Assembly: GCA_951406725.2 (NCBI GenBank)
Contig: OX597814.1
Coordinates: 219,232,001 to 219,296,000 of the forward strand
From: Octopus vulgaris
Lineage: Eukaryota
Reading direction: 5' to 3'
Length of the DNA: 64,000 bases
Of this stretch, positions 55,030-64,000 are shown piece by piece. The notes beneath the pieces are model-generated. The model ran no database searches, was not told the origin of the DNA, and worked only from the letters and a program-made list of their open reading frames with translations. The first letter of the stretch is position 1. Every line of letters begins with the position of its first letter. A program made the translations under genes and the position numbers.

Positions 55030-57890
55030 CATCTCTCAACAGCTGACCGTGCATCTTCTTATTTTGGCAGGTGTTTTTCCTCTTCGTTTCTGTCTTAACT
55101 TTGTATTTCATCTTACTCTAACTGCTTTGTAATAAACCCGCCTTTCTTACTTATTCTATTAATGCTTCCTTTGTAATCTTTATATACCAAGCAATATTGT
55201 CGTCCTCTGACTGAATATAGTTCTCACAACTTACCAGTCTCCGACCTCCTTTCCTTCTATTAATGTGTAACCTGTCAACAACACTTTTCAGGTGGAACAC
55301 ACCGTGTATTGTCAGTAGTTTCTTCCTTTTCTTCCCCAATGATTTCAGTTCCAATGATCGCCAATCTATCACTCGTACTCCGTATCTCAAGCGAACGAAT
55401 ACTCATGTATTCATTGCTCGGAAGTTTAGTCTTCATAAACAGTTCCATCAGTTCAGCTACTTCTAATTTGCTGGATAAACTTGTATCTTTCCTTGTCTGT
55501 TCTCTTCATTACCTCTCCCTGTTGGCAATTTCACACCACCCACATCTTGAATCAACACACCACACTTTCTCAGCCCAAATTCCATTCGTGATATTCGCGC
55601 TAAATCAACACACTGTCTGATTCGGCTACTTTCCGTTTCTCTCATAAAGCTTGATGTCGTCTGTAAAAGGTAGGAGCTTGATCTTATCTGTCTTTTCCCT
55701 TCAACTCACGCCCAGTTTTCGTGTTTCTCAAAACCAAAGACATCATAATCAAAACGAAATGCAACGGTGACAAGCTGTATCTTTGGAAGATGTGAATTCA
55801 GTGGTCCGTCCATTCATGCTTTCTCTGAACAGGTTTAGAATATTATGTGCAATTCCGAATATTTCCCAGCAAACCATTATCTACATTTGAGGAACTATAT
55901 CGTGTGCTTTCCGGTAGTCTATCGATGCCATCCCTAAGTTTGTTTCGCACTTTTTACAGTCTCTCAGCACTGGCTCACTTATCAACAGCTGATCTTTGAT
56001 TCCCCTGCGTCCATGTTTGCATCCTTCTGCTCTTCTGATAAGATGCTATTCTGATACATGAACCCGTACCTTGCATCTGCCAGTATTCCGGTTAACGCAT
56101 CATGTGCAGGCTGAATATTGGCCTGACGTCTTCTTGGTAATTCTTTCTGGCATACATTGTTCTGCCTCTAATCAATCTGCCTAGGATTTTCATGTACTCT
56201 TCAAGTTATAATCGGAGGCGCAATGGCCCAGTGGTTAGGGCAGCGGACTCGCGGTCGTAGGATCGCAGTTTCGATTCCCAGACCGGGCGTTGTGAGTGTT
56301 TATTGAGCGAAAACACCTAAAAGCTACACAAGGCTCCGGCAGGGGATGGTGGTGATCCCTGCTGTACTCTTTCACCACAACTTTCTCTCACTCTTACTTC
56401 CTGTTTCTGTTGTACCTGTATTTCAAAGGGCCGGCCATGTCACTCTCTGTGTCACGCTGAATCTCCCCGAGAACTACGTTAAGGGTGCACGTGTCTGTGG
56501 AGTGCTCAGCCACTTACACGTTAATTTCACAAGCAGGCTGTTCCGTTGATCGGATCAACCGGAACCCTCGTCGTCGTCGCAACCGACGGAGTGCTTCCAA
56601 GTTATAATCATAATTGTTCCGCATTACTTTCGTGACATTCAGTTAATTTCTTCACCTTATAGCCTTGAGCTCCATCTGGGCCTTCCGCTTTCCAGTTGCT
56701 GCTCTTTCTACTCACACTGAATATCCTCTTCGTTTGTCATAATAGCTTCTTGCAGCGGATTTCTATTGGTTCTTTCATTTCGCGTAGCCACCTTACGTTG
56801 CTGTTGTGTGTTTTACCCTTTTCCCTCATAACCTACTCCAAAATCTTTGACTTTGCTTTGTAATTTGTAGCGCATGTATCTTGGTTTATTTATTTCCTGT
56901 TGAAATCTTTCTATTTTGAAGAATCTGCTTTGCCAGGACTGCTTGATTTTCACGTTGAATGATTTTTGCTCTCTTGGCTTGCTCACTCTATTTTAAGTTT
57001 CTCCATTACTGACGGTAATCCATTGAAATCAGTTTCGTAATTTTGTTTTAACTCTTTCTGCAGTTTTACATTTTTTGCATTTCCAAGGATCCTCCTCTTT
57101 CACCATGGTTCATAGTCCATCTTTCTATTCTGTCCACTCCTTTTGCTTAACAGACACGTCACTTTAAATCCCGTATTTCCTACACCACCGCAACATTTGC
57201 TGACTACATCAGTCTATTAGTTTCGATGATATTGTTTGCGTGTATACAGATGCTTGAAGAGCCTGTTTGTTACATCCTTTCTTTTATCTGGTACTGTCTA
57301 GTACTGACAGATAACTCTGCATCCATTTTACATCTCCAAAGATTCTACTCTTCTAACCATGGTTCATTGTCTATCTGTTCTGTCCACTGCCATTGCTTAG
57401 TAAACACATCACTTCAAGTCCTACATTTTCTCCCCCCCCCATACTTGCTTTCATAAGCCTATGCGTTTTGGTGATATTGTTTGTGTATATACTTTAAGGA
57501 CCTGTTAGATTTTCCTGTTTGCAACATCAGTTTCCATTGGTTCACTTTGTTAATGTCGCATATCAGTCCAAAATGCTCCGACTTCATTATCTTCACGACC
57601 CCATCTACAATTCTTTTTGCTTCATTTGCGATGGCTGAGCTAGTTACCGTTGATATATCGGGCTGATTGATTTGTACCTCTTCAGCAATTTGAAGAACTA
57701 TAGTAGTCTCACCTATCTCTTCTTTATTAGCAGTGTAATGGTTTTCTGCATTGCCGCCGTCTTCTGACAGTTTCTCTGAATTATTTCGAGTCCTATAACT
57801 GTTAGCCAGACTTTCTTTCTTGATGCTACTAGTCCCGATGCATCCTTTTTCAACGTTCTTTTATTGGTACTCAATTTTCATCGGTGGGTT
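55030..57890 (-). mobile_element. Degenerate R4/Dong-like element
   Basis: HGVFHLKSVVDRLHINRRKGGRRL (55151-55390), MEFGLRKCGVL, TDDIKL (~55650), IDYRKAHDIVP (~55900); 5' boundary approximate. Confidence 0.75.
56214..56597 (+). mobile_element. Family B SINE, full length
   Basis: 12-bp TSD caagttataatc at 56202-56213 and 56598-56609. Confidence 0.93.
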
Positions 57891-57892
57891 GA

Positions 57893-57893
57893 C

Positions 57894-57948
<55 letters not shown>

Positions 57949-58725
57949 GCTCTGAGAACTAATTACACCACGTTCCAAATAGATAAGAGTAGAGAATCGC
58001 CCTTTTGTAGGACGTGCAGCAGCAGAAATGAAATAATTTCGCATATTGTGAATGAGTGTAGCAACTGGCCCAAAAGCACTACAAAAGGAGGCACGATAAC
58101 GTGGCTAAGTTCGTCCACTGGAGGCTATGTGAAAAGTACGGCCTGAACAGAGCACGGAAATGGTACGAACATGAAATAGAAGGAGTCACCGAGAACAAGG
58201 AACATAAGATACTATGGGATTTAACAATCCAATGTGACTCCCTAATCAAGACTCGGAGACCAGAAATTGTTGTGGTAGATGAAGGATAAGAAGAAACCAA
58301 GATCATAGATATTGCAATACCTGGAGATGCAGGCATAAGTGACAAAGAACTCGAAAAGACTGAAAAGTAAAGACTACTAAAAGACGAAATTGCAAGAATG
58401 TGGACCACGAGGAGAGTGTCTGTCATTCCAGTGGTTGTAGGGGCACTCGGAGCAACCAAGTTCGAGAAATGTCAAGGAAATCGGAATTGACATGAGAGCA
58501 GAGCAAGCCCCCAAAACTGCTCTGCTGGGGATAGCTAGGATTTTGAGATTAGTACTTGGTTGTTGAATGTCTTCAACGATAATTAACAACCAATTATCAC
58601 AGCTTATAATGCACGGAAAGAGACCCTGTGAGATCTCTGACAACAGGCTGCTGTCCGCTCCCACAGAATCTACCAGAACAAACAAGACCGAACGTTCTCA
58701 GAAGTAAAGTGATAATAATAATATT
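57893..58725 (+). mobile_element. (AAT)n tract followed by 5'-truncated R4/Dong-like 3' end
   Basis: CRTCSSRNEIISHIVNEC (CCHC), RRHD, ILWDLTIQCD, RRPEIVVVD, VIPVVVGALG. Confidence 0.85.
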
Positions 58726-58741
58726 ATTGTTGTTGTTTTTT

Positions 58742-59031
58742 ATCATCATCATCATCATCATCATCATATACACACAACAGATTAAACTGTTGGAAAAAAA
58801 AAATCCTAACATCGGGCCACAAGTAACCTTAGATGCCGAGAACCCTCCTAAGCACCCTAGCTGTCCCCAAATAACACTGTTTTCTGGAGCTGCACTAACC
58901 TGGGTTTTATGCCTATTTCCTCTATCCATCAATTTAGGGATGCTTTCCATTGCACATATAACTACAGGGATACATTTTACCCGCACTTTCCATAGTCTCT
59001 GTAATACAATGGCGAGGTCCTGGTACTTTGC

Positions 59032-59110
<79 letters not shown>
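58742..59110 (-). mobile_element. R4/Dong-like 3' fragment between (ATC)n and (TAT)n tracts
   Basis: Reverse complement resembles 14340-14560 (VKCIPVVI...). Confidence 0.72.
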
Positions 59111-59664
59111 GAGTGAGAGAGCAGTGCATGCCATCAAAGTGACACTGGGGTAAAATATACGAAGCCCAGTATACCCATCATGACTACCCGTCTGATAAGG
59201 GTACACCAGGCACATGCATCACAACCATATGTGCGCGACATGGTGATATCATAAAAAGATAAACAGCACATGACCTTGCAGGTGGGGCCCAGTTAGAATT
59301 TTCTTCTGGTTGAGTAGCCCATCCCACTCAAAAGGTCCCTGAATAAGGGTTGTTTAAGGATGTTGAAAGAACCACCCATGTTTCCAGAGGTGAATTATTC
59401 AAACCCTAAAGAATTCCTCTCAACACATGGGTATGATGCTCCCCCACTACTTCTGCTCGTGATCAGAGATGCACATATCATCAGCACCAAGGGACATGCT
59501 CAACTGGTTACGTTCAAACAACTGACAAGCAAATCTGTGGTATTGAGCAGAATATTTGCTGTAGCCCATCTTTTATACCAAGACAAAACAATGTACATGA
59601 TAACACTTCCAATCGGTTAAGATCAGAAGTCATGAGGGCCACTGCCTGGTACTGCATCAGGGCA
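59111..59664 (-). mobile_element. 554-bp non-coding interspersed element flanked by (TAT)n on both sides
   Basis: Homologous to 15130-15625; sharp boundaries at microsatellite. Confidence 0.82.
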
Positions 59665-59689
59665 TTATTATTATTATTATTATTTTTTT

Positions 59690-60035
59690 TTTCTTCTTTC
59701 AAATTTGCTTCCATTTCTTGCCGAGTGTCTTCCCGACTCCTAGGGCAAAGAAACTTATAATATACATTGGTAGGCCATTAAACCAAACTCAGTAGTTCGT
59801 TAATTTAAAAAAAAAATTTTTTTTTTTTAAAGTTAAATTAAAATACATGAGCAGCAACAGTTCTCACATCGACAATGCTCTTCTCAATACGTGTGATGTA
59901 CCAGTTAAGACAATCTTTTGCACTTCTTGCAGGGATGGTAAGCCAGGGATCATTCTCATATAATTTTCGGTTCCCTTCTTGATCATTCCTAGTGCTCCTA
60001 CGATCACTGGTATTGTAACCGCCTTGAGATGCCAC

Positions 60036-60095
<60 letters not shown>

Positions 60096-60102
60096 CATTA
60101 TT
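59690..60102 (-). mobile_element. R4/Dong-like 3' fragment with 3' UTR, preceded by (AAT)n
   Basis: Minus-strand MWHLKAVTIPVIVGALGMIK remnant at ~59975-60037. Confidence 0.72.
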
Positions 60103-60204
60103 GGTTTAACTCAGATTCGGTCATATTCCTGGTAGGATTTATGAGGGTAGCGGGTTACTCTATACAGCTCAACGTTTTGTCTTTTCCTCTTGCATGTACT
60201 CTTT

Positions 60205-60562
60205 TATTCTTTTACTCGTTTCAGGCATTTGACTGCGGCTATGCTGGAGCACCGCCTTCAGAGGTTTTAGTCGAACAAATTGACTCCAGGGCTTATTTTT
60301 TAAAGCCTAATACACATTCTATCATTTTCTTTGACTGAACCGCTAAGTTACGGAGACGTAAAAACACCAACACCGAATGTCAAGCGGTGATGTGGTGGTG
60401 GGTGGGGCGAAACACAGACACAAAGATACACACACATAAATATATACATGTATATACGACGGGCTTCTTTCGGTTTCCGTCAACCGAAACTGCTCACCAG
60501 ACTTTGGTCAATCCGAGGCTATATTAGAAGACACTTGCTCATGGGGCCACATAGTGGGACCG
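60205..60562 (-). mobile_element. Family C SINE, head truncated
   Basis: Homologous to 11217-11560. Confidence 0.8.
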
Positions 60563-60692
60563 TGGGAAAGTATGTATGCAAGTAGTATATACGTACATGA
60601 AATTTTTTAAAGGTTCCTTAAGAGTAAAACTTTTGGGCAACTTCGAATTAGAGATTATGCTTAGCCAAACTAAGAACTCATTGCTGTAGAAT

Positions 60693-61078
60693 GGAAGCAC
60701 TCCGACGGTTACGACGACGAGGGTTCCGGTTGATCCGAATCAACGGAACAGCCTGCTCGTGAAATTAACGTGTAAGTGGCTGAGCACTCCACAGGCACAT
60801 GTACCCTTAACGTAGTTCTCGGGGGGATATTCAGCGTGACACAGAGAGTGACAAGGCCGGCCCTTTGAAATACAAGGTACAACAGAAACAGGAAGTAAGA
60901 GTGAGAGAAAGTTGGGGTGAAAGAGTACAGCAGGGATCGCCACCATCCCCTGCCGGAGCCTCGTGGAGCTTTAGGTGTTTTCGCTCAATAAACACTCACA
61001 ACGCCCGGTCTGAGAATCGAAACCGTGATCCTATGACCGCGAGTCCGCTGCCCTAACCACTGGGCCATTGCGCCTCCA
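60693..61078 (-). mobile_element. Family B SINE, full length
   Basis: 9-bp TSD ctgtagaat at 60684-60692 and 61079-61087. Confidence 0.92.
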
Positions 61079-61271
61079 CTGTAGAATATAACATAGCCAT
61101 ATAGCTGCGTTATTTGGTAGTAAATCGTTCTCTCAAGGAACTACCTTAATTGTTCAAAAACGCTTCCATCCAGGAAATAACCTACGTCTGTGGGAAAACT
61201 TTCATTTTTGTACTGTTACTGAATCCAATTATAAATTCGTAAATCGTTTTTACAACTAATGACAGTCTACT

Positions 61272-61311
<40 letters not shown>

Positions 61312-61707
61312 CTTTCTTTCTTTCTTTTTTCTTTCCTTTTTCTCTCGCATTGTCCTCAATACGAACTGCTGTCTGAACGAGTGAACGCTACAAGGAACTC
61401 TAAACCGCAAAACCACAGAGCTACTGGGAAATTAACACTCTTGAATAAACGATAACAACACCAGTAGTGTAAATGAGAAAGGAACCAGCTCTTTTCAGTT
61501 TTCACTAAAAAAACTCATTAAGGACTGCTCGGCTCTCCTTTCAGCTGTCGAAGAAATACATAGAAATGTTCAAAAGCAAAAAAAAAAAAAAAGAAAAAAG
61601 AAAAAGGAGAAAACCAAATAAATAAGTAAAATGCATTGATTACCACGAATTAATAACTTCCGAGTCATTTGTTATATTTTGTTTACATTGCTACAAGAAT
61701 CTGTATA

Positions 61708-61848
61708 TTAGGTTGTCCCAAAAGTTCGTAAACACTTGCGAAAATTGAATTTTTACTCGCCAAGTACTAACAAAAACAACAAAAATTATTCCTCAAAATA
61801 AAGACCATTATTTTCCAAGACTTTCTACGATCTTTTGGGACAACCTTA
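61708..61848. mobile_element. 141-bp mariner-type MITE
   Basis: TA-flanked TIRs ttaggttgtcccaaaagttcgta / tacgatcttttgggacaacctta. Confidence 0.85.
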
Positions 61849-62180
61849 TACTTCTTCACTCCAGTAGTTGGAAAGTAACGAAAGCCATCCCTGATGAAGT
61901 TTTGGTGAAAGACGTAATAAGCCAGTTGTGTCCTAATCTTAAGCTTTCGAAGGTCATGAAAATTTATCCGGGGATATGAAAAATATATCTTTAAACAAGG
62001 GCACTGGGAATGGTAATATAAACATGCATCGCATTCTTTCTCTCTCTCCCTCTCATTCTCCCTCTCTCTCTCTCTCATTCTCCCTCTCTCTCACATTCTA
62101 TCTCAAACACATACACATATACACATATACACATACGCACACACACGCACACATTCATGCATATAAACCTGAAACTCGTT

Positions 62181-62532
62181 TGCTTGCCAATCACATGGTT
62201 CCAGGTTCAGTCCCACTGCATGGCACCTTGGGCAAGTGTCTTCCACAATAGCCTTGTAAATAGATTTGGTAAATGGAAAATGATTGAAGCCCATCGTATA
62301 TATGTGTGTGTGTGTGTGTGTGTGTGCGTGTGTGTGTGTGCGCGCGGGGGTTTGTGTCTGTGTTTGTCCTCTATCATTGCTTGATAACCGGTGTTTGGTG
62401 TGTTTACGTCCCTGTAACTTAGCGAAAAAAAATCGATAGAAAAAGTTCCAGGCTTTAAAAACAAATAAGTACTGGGGTTGATTTATTCGACAAAAAATTC
62501 TTCAAGGCGGTGCCCCAGCATGGCCGCAGTCT
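62181..62532 (+). mobile_element. Family C SINE with internal (GT)n
   Basis: cacatggttccaggttcagtcccactg head, ccagcatggccgcagtc tail. Confidence 0.82.
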
Positions 62533-62744
62533 AAGAGGAAAATTTGGGGAAACGCCGAATTAGAGATTATGCTAAGATTATGCTAAGCCAAACTAATACC
62601 AAGCAACACATATTGCTGTAGAACAGTGGTTCCCAAACTTTTTTCTTAGTGCCCTCACCCCAACTAACCATCACAAAGATAGACCACTTTCTGAAGCAAA
62701 TTCAAAGTAGCTGTATTTCACAAATAATATTTAACCTTCTGGTC

Positions 62745-62922
62745 AAGGCGGCGAGCTGGCAGAACCGTTAGCACGCCGGGCGAAATGCTTAGCGGCATTT
62801 CGTTTGTCCTTACATACTGAGTTCAAATTCAGCCGAGGTCGACTTTGCCTTTCGCCCTTTCGGAGTTGATAAATTAAGTACCAGTTGCGTACTGGGGTCG
62901 ATCTAATCGACTGGCCCCCACT
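62745..62922 (+). mobile_element. Family A SINE
   Basis: Matches 15951-16115. Confidence 0.87.
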
Positions 62923-64000
62923 CTCTATTGTGATCATTCGTCTTTTGGTTTCCTGTAGCTTTGCTCTCTTTTACAAACCCAGTGAACATATATTTCCTAT
63001 TTCAAAGAAATTCAAACAATAGATATAAGACACAAGTTAAAAAGATTCTCAACAATTCAACTTCTCTGGTTGACATTAAGATGCCCACCCCCAACAGGGG
63101 TCTTGACTCTCACATTTTTGAGCTCCATGACCTTCATTTTTCAGGAGCAAAATCTTTTTAACCGGTTCAATAAGACTGGAATTTTGGAATACGCGCATAA
63201 AAATCAGTAGTATGGGATATATGTGGCACGATTACAATTTGGGGGGGGGGGGTGTAAAGCGGGAAATAACCCTCATCTGCAATTTTGATGAAATTCGAAA
63301 CATATATATTCCAGTTCGTTAGAGAAAATATAACAGAAAAGTCTAATTCTTCAATTGTATGTAACACGGGCATCGCCAAGTATCTCTGCTAGTTATTCAT
63401 ATGTTTAACATCGGCGTATTTGGTAGGAAAATATTGAGTGAATTATCAATTCAAATATTTGTTTTTTGAATTTAGTGGCAGAATTAAAGATATCCTTATT
63501 TATTTATATTTGTTTCATCATAATATATAGTAATTTTAAATAAAATATATTTTCTACTCCACCATATTTTTTTAATATATTACATATTTTATAGGTATTG
63601 ATATATTACAAAATGGCCAGTGATTATTTTCGATTAAAATACTTTCCGATTAATACTATTGGAGATCCATAAGAACATTTCCTGACCGTTGTAAATTTTC
63701 TTTACCTAATTATTTTATCTATTTGAATTGTGTTGTTCTTTTTATTGTATTTATCATGTATTTGAATTATTAACGCTTATGCTTCTAAACATAGGTATTT
63801 TTTGAATCAGTATTTTTGAAATTTGGTAGTCCTTACATGGAATTTCGTCTGTTTTTTTAAACCATGGCCCTTGAGAGGTTTGTATACATAGATTTATTAA
63901 TTTTTTATTTATTTATCAGTTCCAGCCTCAAAGCTGTAGCCATGCTGGGTCACCACCGTTTTGCTACACTGTTATTAGCGAGAGCCTCCTCTTATTTGTG

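Noticed and set aside
61360-61560. Apparently unique segment as host exon or promoter
   Set aside because: No ORF, splice pair or motif strong enough to support a call from sequence alone

Overview
Repeat-saturated eukaryotic (animal) genomic DNA with no confidently identifiable host gene. The SINE families and microsatellite load resemble what I recall from octopus genomes (inference). Contents in order: a near-intact RTE-clade LINE (1-3322); a decayed Tc1/mariner element with an internal 38-bp minisatellite; a 5'-truncated Ty3/Gypsy element with its 3' LTR; two clusters of RLE-type (R4/Dong-like) non-LTR retrotransposons stacked in (AAT)n microsatellites (11.8-20.1 kb, 55-60.1 kb); a ~12-kb direct duplication straddling a 100-N assembly gap and built of shuffled modules with long (TACA/CA)n arrays; a CR1/L2-like relic with a solo LTR; a Tx1/L1-like relic; a mariner 5' half; MITEs; and about 25 tRNA-derived SINE copies, many with TSDs. 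The long His/Thr/Tyr/Ile and Val/Cys/Met/Tyr ORFs are microsatellite artefacts. The best candidates for something new are a ~554-bp non-coding, non-tRNA retroposon found only in (AAT)n tracts beside Dong-like LINEs, head/tail module swapping among SINEs, and a PHD-like finger inside the RTE reverse transcriptase. I see no clear evidence of a novel multi-gene system.
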